IMG/VR virus record: IMGVR_UViG_3300029535_000005
Coordinates: 1-59,997 of that record
From: a virus
Direction: 5' to 3' (one strand)
Length of the DNA: 59,997 bases
The position numbers were made by a program, and so were the translations under genes. The notes beneath the pieces are model-generated. The model was not told where the DNA came from. It searched no databases and saw only the letters and a list, made by a program, of their open reading frames with translations. Each line of letters opens with the position of its first letter. Position 1 is the first letter of the stretch. Positions 18,235 through 25,056 of the stretch are shown in pieces.

Positions 18235-18261
18235 GGGCAGGCTATAAGACCTGCCCTTTTT
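18235..18261 (+). terminator. Intrinsic terminator or attenuator just upstream of the next RBS
   Basis: GGGCAGG-CTATAAGA-CCTGCCC followed by TTTTT. Confidence 0.7.
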
Positions 18262-18281
18262 ATGATTGGAGGTAAAACATT

Positions 18282-18704
18282 ATGGCAGAATTTACAGGAA
18301 TTGCAATTCAAACTGTCGCGCAGGGAGAAGATGTGGCATTTACAGAAACTCCGGTATGCGCAACAAAATGCATTGTTCATAGACAGGGAAGTGGCATTGT
18401 TAAATTAAGAGGACTTACAAATCAGTGCCGGGCAAGATTTTTAGTATCTTATTCCGGAAACATTCAAATTCCTACCGGTGGCACAGTTGAAGCTATTTCA
18501 CTGTCTATTGCAATTGACGGAGAACCGTTGCAGTCAACTCGAATGATTGTTACACCGGCGGCAGTTGAAAACTTCTTTAACGTTTCGGCGCAGGCATATG
18601 TGGACGTTCCTCGCGGTTGCTGTGTTACGGTAGCGGTACAGAATACGTCTACGCAGGCAATCGAAGTTCAGAACAGCAATTTAATTGCAGTCCGGGAAGC
18701 GTAA
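18282..18704 (+). CDS. Hypothetical beta-rich protein, possibly a C1q/TNF-like jelly-roll as in the BclA C-terminal domain
   Basis: 140 aa with RBS GGAGGT. The alternating beta pattern ...FLVSYSGNIQIPTGG...ISLSIAIDGEPL...CCVTVAVQNTS...IEVQNSNLIAVREA suggests this fold. The fold call is inference only. Confidence 0.6.
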   Translation: MAEFTGIAIQTVAQGEDVAFTETPVCATKCIVHRQGSGIVKLRGLTNQCRARFLVSYSGNIQIPTGGTVEAISLSIAIDGEPLQSTRMIVTPAAVENFFNVSAQAYVDVPRGCCVTVAVQNTSTQAIEVQNSNLIAVREA

Positions 18705-18717
18705 GGAGGGCGGTTTT

Positions 18718-19365
18718 ATGGATATTATGAGAATGCACGACATGATTGAAAAACTGTCTGAAAGCGCAGAGTGTGAGTTTGCAAAAGGTATCGAATGTGT
18801 AGATACAGAAGAGATGGGAAAAGTCACGGACATGCTTAAAGACCTTGCGGAAGCTATGTATTATCGGACACTTACAAAATCAATGGACGAATCAGACCCA
18901 GAGCAGGTTCTTGATATGTTTGAGCGTTACGGAGATGGCAGACGGTATTATGACCGTTACCGGTATGCAGACGGCAGATTTGCGCCAAAGGGAAGAGGAA
19001 CGCGGAGAGGATATGACGAGCCGCCTTACTGGCACATGACACCGGAAATGTATCACGATATGGAGCATGACCGCGACATTGATCGACCACATGGGCGAAT
19101 GTATTACACAGAGCCTACAATTGCGGCAGATGGCGGTATGCGTGACCGCAGAGAGGGTAAAAGCGGAATGAGCCGCAGAAGCTACATGGAAAGCAAAGAG
19201 CTTCACAAAGGCAATACGCCGGAGGATAAGGACGCAAAGATGCATGACCTTGAAAAATACATGAAAGAGCTTTCGGAGGATATGGCGGAACTTATCTCCG
19301 ACATGACGCCGGAAGAGCGCACAATGACAAAAAGCAAGCTTTCGACGCTTGTTTCCAAAATGTAA
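18718..19365 (+). CDS. Hypothetical highly charged protein (Arg/Asp/Tyr/Met-rich)
   Basis: ATG follows AAGGAGGG; 215 aa. Confidence 0.65.
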   Translation: MDIMRMHDMIEKLSESAECEFAKGIECVDTEEMGKVTDMLKDLAEAMYYRTLTKSMDESDPEQVLDMFERYGDGRRYYDRYRYADGRFAPKGRGTRRGYDEPPYWHMTPEMYHDMEHDRDIDRPHGRMYYTEPTIAADGGMRDRREGKSGMSRRSYMESKELHKGNTPEDKDAKMHDLEKYMKELSEDMAELISDMTPEERTMTKSKLSTLVSKM

Positions 19366-19367
19366 TG

Positions 19368-19396
19368 ACAGGGGCAGAAATGCCCCTGTTTGTTTG
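19368..19396 (+). terminator. Intrinsic terminator closing the cargo block
   Basis: ACAGGGGCA-GAAA-TGCCCCTGT followed by TTGTTTG. Confidence 0.75.
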
Positions 19397-19493
19397 AACA
19401 TTGACAACTGAATATCAGCTAGTGATTTGTGGATTTGAATGTACTGATTCCCAAATAGGGGTGCTGATTTCTTGAAAATTTTCAAAAAATGTA

Positions 19494-19546
19494 TTGACAA
19501 TTATTGCAAGGGCATATATTATAAAAACATAAATATTGCAAGGGCA
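19494..19546 (+). promoter_or_regulatory. Sigma-A-type promoter with two ATTGCAAGGGCA direct repeats
   Basis: TTGACA (19494-19499), 17 nt spacer, TATTAT (19517-19522). Repeats at 19503-19514 and 19535-19546. Confidence 0.55.
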
Positions 19547-19550
19547 ATAA

Positions 19551-19754
19551 TTGAAAGGAGTGATTTTTATTAGTCCTGCAGGAAGACCACACAAAGAAAA
19601 TCCTAGGAATGTTAATCTTAACATCAGAATAAAAAAAGATGAAGCTAATCGCATTCAAAAATGTGCTGATGAGCTGGAATTAACAAGAACGGATACCATT
19701 ATGAAAGGTATAGGGCTAGTGGAAAAAGAACTAGCAGATAACAAAAAAGAGTAG
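19551..19754 (+). CDS. Putative ribbon-helix-helix (CopG/MobC-like) DNA-binding protein
   Basis: AGRPHKENPRNVNLNIRIKKDEANRIQKCADELELTRTDTIMKGI. The start codon is uncertain (TTG, GTG or ATT). Confidence 0.5.
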   Translation: MKGVIFISPAGRPHKENPRNVNLNIRIKKDEANRIQKCADELELTRTDTIMKGIGLVEKELADNKKE

Positions 19755-19878
19755 CCACTACAAGTTTTGACCGACTTGTGACTACTCTGACACCAATCCG
19801 AAATGAATTGATAAATCAATTATATCACTTTCTTTCGGAGGAATCAAACATTTTTTGAAAGAAAGGCGGTGCAAGATA

Positions 19879-20121
19879 ATGAACAAATTTTTAGAAATAG
19901 TATACGCAAGTCAAATTGCAGATGAAGAACAGGGCGGGAAATGGCGTGAATTTTTTGAGCCGCTCATGGAGAGACTTAAGGGAATTGTGAGCGAAAGCGT
20001 TTATGATGAATTGCTCGAACTTCTTATTGACTGTACTACTGACAGCAACCGATTCTATGCCGTAGAGGGCATGAAACTTGCTATCGGCATTATGGACGGA
20101 ACTTATGTTCCGAAAGTATAA
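19879..20121 (+). CDS. Hypothetical protein
   Basis: 80 aa from ATG 19879. Confidence 0.55.
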   Translation: MNKFLEIVYASQIADEEQGGKWREFFEPLMERLKGIVSESVYDELLELLIDCTTDSNRFYAVEGMKLAIGIMDGTYVPKV

Positions 20122-20138
20122 GAGAGGGGGATTTGCTG

Positions 20139-20772
20139 ATGAATGATATTCAGATGAAGCAATTAGAACAAACTCTAACCAGTATGGAAGTCGCGGAAAT
20201 GGTTGGAAAGACACACGCCAATTTATTAAAAGATATCCGGGCGATACTGTAAGCAATTAGGAGAAGTAAATATTGACTTTTCCGATTTCTTCATAGAAAG
20301 CACATATTGTACAGAGCAGAAAAAAAGTTTTCCATGCTACGACATTACCAAGAAAGGTTGCGAATTTATCGCCCACAAGCTGACCGGAGCAAAGGGAACG
20401 GCTTTCACAGCTCAATACATCAATCGCTTTCACGACATGGAACAGGCTCTGAAAAATCCGCAGGCTGAAATTCCGGAGAAAGACCCGTTTGAGCACTGGG
20501 AGATTCGATGGAAACATGAAATGGAAACATGGTTTTCAAAGAACAACTGGAAGTTAAGTATAATCCTAGAACGGTTTGGTTGGACTCGAAAATTTTTATA
20601 TCACAAGATTCTCGTGGAATTATCGGATCTGCATAACTTACGCGCAATCGAAAAGGCATATTACGCCAGTTATGGATATCCACCGGAATACGCTCTTGAT
20701 CTGCTTGATTTTAATAGAGACCTCAACGATACGGCGACAAGATACATCAATTACCTACTTATTGAAGAATAA
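20139..20772 (+). pseudogene. Rha-family phage regulatory protein interrupted by a +1 frameshift near 20235-20243
   Basis: Frame A reads MNDIQMKQLEQTLTSMEVAEMVGKTHANLLKDIRAIL*. The next frame continues RYCKQLGEVNIDFSDFFIESTY...KKGCEFIAHKLTGAKGTAFTAQYINRFHDME to 20772. One extra G in ATCCGGGCG explains the break. Confidence 0.65.
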
Positions 20773-20845
20773 AAGGTAAAATAAGCATGAATTTAGAAAC
20801 CACTAGCTGATATTTGGCTGGTGGTTTCTTTTTTGGAGGTAAAAT

Positions 20846-21166
20846 ATGTTTTTAATAAATGGTATTGAATGGAAAATAAAATTTGTTCACGGCGCAAGTA
20901 ATAAATTGATGCGCTCTGATGGCTCTACCAGCCTTGCTGTGACCGATTGGAACGACAGGTCTATATATGTTTCAGATAAACCGAAAAATGGTTATTTGCG
21001 CAAAATACTGGCTCATGAGCTTTGCCATTGCTTTTGTTTTTCCTATAACATTCATATGCCGATTGAGCAGGAAGAGTATCTTGCGGACTGGATAAGCCTG
21101 TATGGGGAAGATTTGATTTATTTGCTGGATGATTTGATGTCAAACATTGATTGGAGGGCGGCATAG
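20846..21166 (+). CDS. HExxH zinc-metallopeptidase-like protein (ImmA/IrrE M78-like or SprT-like)
   Basis: LRKILAHELCHCFCFSY motif; 106 aa. Confidence 0.55.
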   Translation: MFLINGIEWKIKFVHGASNKLMRSDGSTSLAVTDWNDRSIYVSDKPKNGYLRKILAHELCHCFCFSYNIHMPIEQEEYLADWISLYGEDLIYLLDDLMSNIDWRAA

Positions 21167-21318
21167 TGGACAAAATAGACGATTTACTTCATTACGTTCA
21201 GAAGACAAACCCTGGGATGACAAGAGAGAAATTGATAGATGAATTAAACAAAAGCGATTATACCGCAAAAGCTTTGCTTTTTACTTCGGAAAACTTTCGG
21301 AAAAATTTTCGATCCCCC

Positions 21319-21522
21319 CTACCTTAAAATTCGGAAAAGGATTTTTGGTTTTGGATTTTTAAAAATTTTTTGAAATTTTCGCCCAGATATTCGAAAAAAA
21401 TTTGATACCCCCCTAGGGTCAGATTTCGGCACGAAAAACCGTTTTTGAGATTTTGAGAATTTTGTCCAGATTTTTGCAAAATTTTTTTGAAACTTTTTTG
21501 CAAGTGAAAGTTCAGATTTCAC
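21319..21522 (-). CDS. Questionable ORF: a 67-aa, extremely basic Lys/Phe-rich low-complexity protein
   Basis: GTG start with a weak RBS. It lies about 170 nt downstream of a consensus minus-strand promoter. It may instead be non-coding A/T-tract DNA. Confidence 0.25.
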   Translation of the reverse strand: MKSELSLAKKFQKNFAKIWTKFSKSQKRFFVPKSDPRGVSNFFRISGRKFQKIFKNPKPKILFRILR

Positions 21523-21691
21523 TCATCCATGCTCTGGTCGTACTTGATCTTGCTATGTTCTTTCGCCCCTTTGGAAGCGCTGAAATAATGTAGGCGCGGA
21601 AACCTCCGCACAAATGCGCAAAATGAGTACAACAAATAAAGAAAATGTATACGTGACATTGCAATTATAGGCGCGCACATGCCTATAAGCC

Positions 21692-21721
21692 ATTATATGC
21701 ACAAGACATCCAAAATGTCAA
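21692..21721 (-). promoter_or_regulatory. Near-consensus sigma-A promoter on the minus strand
   Basis: The minus strand reads TTGACA-18 nt-TATAAT. On the plus strand these are tgtcaa 21716-21721 and attata 21692-21697. Confidence 0.55.
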
Positions 21722-21925
21722 CGCGCAATGCATATGCTTTGTGTCAACAAGTATAAACAAAAAAGAGCACAGATCGCCAGACAATACCCAAGTGAGATAA
21801 TGACGATATGCATATTGCGTGCATTTTATCTCTTTGTACGCTTTTTTGCGCGCTGTACTCCACGGTATATGGATAAAAGCAAGCCGGGAAAATTGCCCCC
21901 GGAACATTGCACCGCCTGCACTTGC

Positions 21926-22102
21926 TTAAATGATAACACCCAATCGCATACAATCCATTTTCCGATCACAAAGGGCGCGCCACTTTTCGGGATCCCCTTT
22001 GATGTTTTCGGCAGTTCTGGTTTCCGCCCATTCGTTCCGCGCTTTAATGTATGCGCTTTTTGCGTCGTCTTTTTTTGTTTGTAAGTTTCCCATAAATCCC
22101 AT
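21926..22102 (-). CDS. Hypothetical 58-aa protein (third cassette gene)
   Basis: AAGGATGG RBS followed by ATG. Sequence MGFMGNLQTKKDDAKSAYIKARNEWAETRTAENIKGDPEKWRALCDRKMDCMRLGVII. Preferred over the overlapping track ORF 21826..22113. Confidence 0.6.
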   Translation of the reverse strand: MGFMGNLQTKKDDAKSAYIKARNEWAETRTAENIKGDPEKWRALCDRKMDCMRLGVII

Positions 22103-22131
22103 AATTTAACCATCCTTTCATTGTGCGCCCT

Positions 22132-22189
22132 GTCTCATCGGTGCAGGTGGGGCAGTTCCTGCAGACGGTGGACACTCCACCGTTTCGAC
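22132..22189 (-). ncRNA. Hammerhead-ribozyme-like motif C (type II permutation; core variant CCGAUGA)
   Basis: The minus strand reads GTC-GAA-A[CGGTGGA-GTG-TCCACCG]T-C / [TGCAGG-AACTGCCCCA-CCTGCA]-CCGATGA-GAC. Confidence 0.6.
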
Positions 22190-22416
22190 TATTTTTCGCC
22201 GTATAGTTTGGTTGATTTTCTAAAGGTCTTAATCACTCCGCCCGGCGTCCCGTCTTTCTTTGTCCTCCAGTGTGCCGGAAAGCTCGAAAAGTCAGAGCAG
22301 AGACGAACCGTTATTGTTTTTTCCGTCTCCCTTACGATTTCTGCCACATCAAAAAGAAAACCGTCTGATTCTGCTAACTTTGTGCCCACTTTTATTTCGC
22401 TTGCTTTGATAATCAT
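22189..22416 (-). CDS. Hypothetical 75-aa protein (second cassette gene)
   Basis: RBS AAAGGAGG upstream of the ATG. The TAG stop abuts the GAAAC of motif C. Confidence 0.65.
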   Translation of the reverse strand: MIIKASEIKVGTKLAESDGFLFDVAEIVRETEKTITVRLCSDFSSFPAHWRTKKDGTPGGVIKTFRKSTKLYGEK

Positions 22417-22441
22417 GTGTAAACCTCCTTTATGAGTGCTT

Positions 22442-22499
22442 GTCTCATCAGTGGCAAGGTTGCAACCCTACACCAGACCGCCGCTCGGGCGGTTTCGAC
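22442..22499 (-). ncRNA. Hammerhead-ribozyme-like motif B (type II permutation; canonical CUGAUGA and GAAA cores)
   Basis: The minus strand reads GTC-GAA-A[CCGCC-CGAGC-GGCGG]T-C / [TGGTG..GGT-TGCA-ACC..GCCA]-CTGATGA-GAC. Confidence 0.75.
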
Positions 22500-22885
22500 T
22501 ATTCGCAAATTTTTCGAAAGATGTCTATTGTAAGATTTGCAGCGGCTCTTTTTTTATCCGAAACGTAGCCGCGGCGCTTGCTTTTCAAGGCTTTTTCTGC
22601 CTGCTTAATATTTCCAATTCCCCAGTTTCCGGCTTTTTCAAGTTTTTCCCATTCTTCCGGCGAAACCTTTATAGCTTTAAGCGTTTTCGGGTTAATGCTA
22701 AAGCAGTTACTGTCTTCTGGGTGCAAAAGCTGACACAGTGGAATATATTCATGTGTTCCCATGTTATCGCCGATATTCCAGACAAAAAATCCTTTCGGAA
22801 TTTTTGTGACAATCTCAAAAACATCTGTTTTACCAATTGATGTAGTGGTATAAATTTTATTGTTTTCAATTCTTAAATTTTCCAT
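22499..22885 (-). CDS. Hypothetical 128-aa protein (first cassette gene)
   Basis: ATG preceded by AGAAAGGGAT. The TAG stop abuts the GAAAC of motif B. Confidence 0.7.
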   Translation of the reverse strand: MENLRIENNKIYTTTSIGKTDVFEIVTKIPKGFFVWNIGDNMGTHEYIPLCQLLHPEDSNCFSINPKTLKAIKVSPEEWEKLEKAGNWGIGNIKQAEKALKSKRRGYVSDKKRAAANLTIDIFRKICE

Positions 22886-22903
22886 AGAATCCCTTTCTGG
22901 TCT

Positions 22904-22962
22904 GCCATCATCAGAGCCGGGAGACCATCCCGCGGCTTACGGTCATTTCTGACCGTTTCGGC
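22904..22962 (-). ncRNA. Hammerhead-ribozyme-like motif A (type II permutation; GUA cleavage triplet; extra U before stem II)
   Basis: The minus strand reads GCC-GAA-A[CGGTCA-GAAA-TGACCG]T-A / [AGCCGCGGGA-TGGTC-TCCCGGCT]-CTGATGA-T-GGC. It lies in the 5' leader of the cassette. Confidence 0.65.
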
Positions 22963-23036
22963 TTTTTTATCTATGTTCGATATAAAAACGCTTTCTTGTC
23001 CTCCTGGAATAATATTTTTGTTTTCCTGTTGGTATT

Positions 23037-23127
23037 ATAATATCACTTTTTTTAGTTATAGTCAATATGAAATATCACTTTTTTAAGAAATATTTTTCTT
23101 GACTTTTCCAACGTGTAAATATATGAT
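23037..23127. promoter_or_regulatory. Divergent promoter region with two ATATCACTTTTTT repeats
   Basis: Minus strand: TTGACT (23060-23065), 17 nt, TATTAT (23037-23042). Plus strand: TTGACT (23099-23104), 17 nt, TATGAT (23122-23127). Repeats at 23040-23052 and 23072-23084. Confidence 0.55.
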
Positions 23128-23164
23128 CTATTTATAAAGGCAATTAGGAAAGGAGAGGATTGCA

Positions 23165-23404
23165 ATGCTAAAATATAGGTTTGACGTTGGGGATGCTTTG
23201 GAGCGTATCGGCTTTAACTCTTACAAGGCAAAAACTAGCGGTTTGTTAAGCCAAGACACGTTAAAAAAGATTAAGAATGAGGATACAAACATAAACGCCA
23301 AAAGTATAAACAATCTTTGCTTGCTTTTGGATATGCAGCCGAAAGACCTATTTATCTATGTAGAGAGCCCGGAAGATTTGGAGCTAAAAAAGAAATTACA
23401 ATAA
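23165..23404 (+). CDS. XRE-family helix-turn-helix transcriptional regulator
   Basis: 79 aa. LSQDTLKKIKNEDTNINAKSINNLCLLLDMQPKDLF is an HTH_3-like pattern. Confidence 0.75.
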   Translation: MLKYRFDVGDALERIGFNSYKAKTSGLLSQDTLKKIKNEDTNINAKSINNLCLLLDMQPKDLFIYVESPEDLELKKKLQ

Positions 23405-23412
23405 TTTTTAAA

Positions 23413-23448
23413 ATATCACTTGCAAAAGTGACAAAAGTATGCTATTAT
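23413..23448 (+). promoter_or_regulatory. Promoter overlapped by the palindrome TCACTT-GCAA-AAGTGA, which shares the ATATCACTT motif
   Basis: TTGCAA (23420-23425), 17 nt, TATTAT (23443-23448). Palindrome at 23416-23431. Confidence 0.45.
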
Positions 23449-23491
23449 AATATTGTCGAAAGGCAATAGGCGAAAGCCAGAAAGGGGAATC

Positions 23492-23635
23492 ATGGGCGAA
23501 ATGAACATGCAGGAAAACGCAAGGCTTGTACTGGGGCTTAGATCAGCAGGATGGAGTGAGAAAAAGATAAACGATTTTTTGCTTTACATCGAGACCGGAG
23601 ATGAGAAATATAAGCCAACACCGGACAAGAAGTAA
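23492..23635 (+). CDS. Hypothetical 47-aa protein
   Basis: ATG follows AGAAAGGGGAATC. Confidence 0.5.
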   Translation: MGEMNMQENARLVLGLRSAGWSEKKINDFLLYIETGDEKYKPTPDKK

Positions 23636-23702
23636 AATAACAAAGGGCGGCGCAAAAGCCGCCCAGTAACCAATAAAAAAGATAAAAAAAGGAGAATGAA
23701 CT

Positions 23703-23948
23703 ATGACGGACGTAGAAATCTTAATGAAAGACGGATGCACAAAAAGAGAAGCAGAAAAGCACTTGAATGCCGGATCAACGATTTTCACAGACTTTGAAGA
23801 GAATTTCACGCAATATATGGATGAATGGGGAGTTGATGAGGAAGAACGGGAAGAATACAAGCAGATGATAGAAGGAAAGAAGATTCTCCCTGATTGGGGA
23901 ATAGTAAAAGATGCTGGGAAAGTTTACTATATCGCATACTGCTTATAA
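23703..23948 (+). CDS. Hypothetical protein
   Basis: 81 aa with RBS AAAGGAGAA. Confidence 0.6.
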   Translation: MTDVEILMKDGCTKREAEKHLNAGSTIFTDFEENFTQYMDEWGVDEEEREEYKQMIEGKKILPDWGIVKDAGKVYYIAYCL

Positions 23949-23957
23949 AAGATAGAG

Positions 23958-23987
23958 AAAGAGAGGTTTTTTACCTCTCTTTTTTTG
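23958..23987 (+). terminator. Intrinsic terminator
   Basis: GAGAGGT-TTTTT-ACCTCTC followed by TTTTTTTG. Confidence 0.8.
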
Positions 23988-24390
23988 ATGTATTCAAACA
24001 CTCACACTTTAAAGCTGTAAATTTTGTATACAGAATGGATACGAAATGGAAACGTAGATAAGATTAGTATATTCTTTTAAATACATTGTATTTTTAATCA
24101 AGGAGTAAATAATATATAATATATATCAACAGTAAAAAAATCATAAACTATATATTGTAACACGCGCGGATATAATCTATATATGCGACATATCCAGTAG
24201 TTTAAATTTATACTTGACAAAGGACATCCACAAATGATATTGTTATCGTAAATTAAAAAGCATCCGGGCAACAGAGAGCGCACAGGACCCGGAGGATGGA
24301 AACGGAAGTCATGCAGCCGGTACAGTTAAGATCTTGATGATCTTGATTGTATCGGTTTATTTTTTTACGATCCAGAAAGGAGGTATATAT

Positions 24391-25056
24391 ATGCCAGATG
24401 CACAGAGAACAGAAAGAGTAGATATAGACGAGATATACAAAGATGACATCGATAAATATATCCACCTCTGGATGGACGATAGAAATATAACAGATATGTG
24501 CAAGGTATCACAGAATAGATGGTATAACTGTTGTCAGTATGTATATGACAATGTTTTTAAGATCAACCCTGTATACCTTAAAGATGACAACCATATTAGC
24601 AATCAATATGATATTGACAAGGTCAATAAAGTCTTAGATATATATATAAGGCTTTGCAATGATTACGAGAAAGTAATAAATATAGTTGGGTTTACTTTTT
24701 TTACTGGCATACATAGAGATACACTTAACGGCTGGGTAAATGGCGAAAGGCTAGGCTCCACGGCTTCCGACATTTGCAAAAAGATTGACCAAATGAGGGA
24801 AGAAAGCCTTGTAGGATTGCAGATCTCCGGAAAAAACAATCCCATGTGCTACATGCCGTCGCTCAACAAGTACTGCGGTTTTAATATGCCGGGCGTAAGA
24901 GACCAGGGATCCAGAGCAAGAGCGTTGACAGCTTCGGAGCTCCCCAAACTGGGAGGCGGGAATTGTGCGAGATTGCCGGACAACTTTGACAATTCAAGCC
25001 CAGATAATGGTGAAATCGTGATAGACAATTCAAACAATTTAAACCCCAGTATTTAA
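24391..25056 (+). CDS. Possible terminase small subunit or DNA-binding packaging protein
   Basis: ATG follows AGAAAGGAGG. GFTFFTGIHRDTLNGWVNG (HTH-like) and GKNNPMCYMPSLNKYCGF resemble TerS families. It lies 5.4 kb upstream of terL. Confidence 0.4.
   Translation: MPDAQRTERVDIDEIYKDDIDKYIHLWMDDRNITDMCKVSQNRWYNCCQYVYDNVFKINPVYLKDDNHISNQYDIDKVNKVLDIYIRLCNDYEKVINIVGFTFFTGIHRDTLNGWVNGERLGSTASDICKKIDQMREESLVGLQISGKNNPMCYMPSLNKYCGFNMPGVRDQGSRARALTASELPKLGGGNCARLPDNFDNSSPDNGEIVIDNSNNLNPSI

Noticed and set aside
19665-19672. An additional CTGATGAG on the plus strand, considered as a fourth hammerhead core
   Set aside because: It lies inside the RHH ORF. No GAAA block with flanking stem III and stem I hairpins is present in the required order.
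21826-22113. 95-aa minus-strand ORF (MVKLWDLWETYKQKK...)
   Set aside because: The overlapping frame starting at 22102 has correct RBS spacing (AAGGATGG-7 nt-ATG) and a protein-like sequence. The 95-aa frame is Lys/Arg/Pro-rich low complexity.
21728-22840. Plus-strand ORFs 21728..22084, 22121..22435 and 22436..22840
   Set aside because: They are antisense to three minus-strand genes that have proper RBSs and compact spacing. They have no RBS and read straight through the ribozyme-like motifs.
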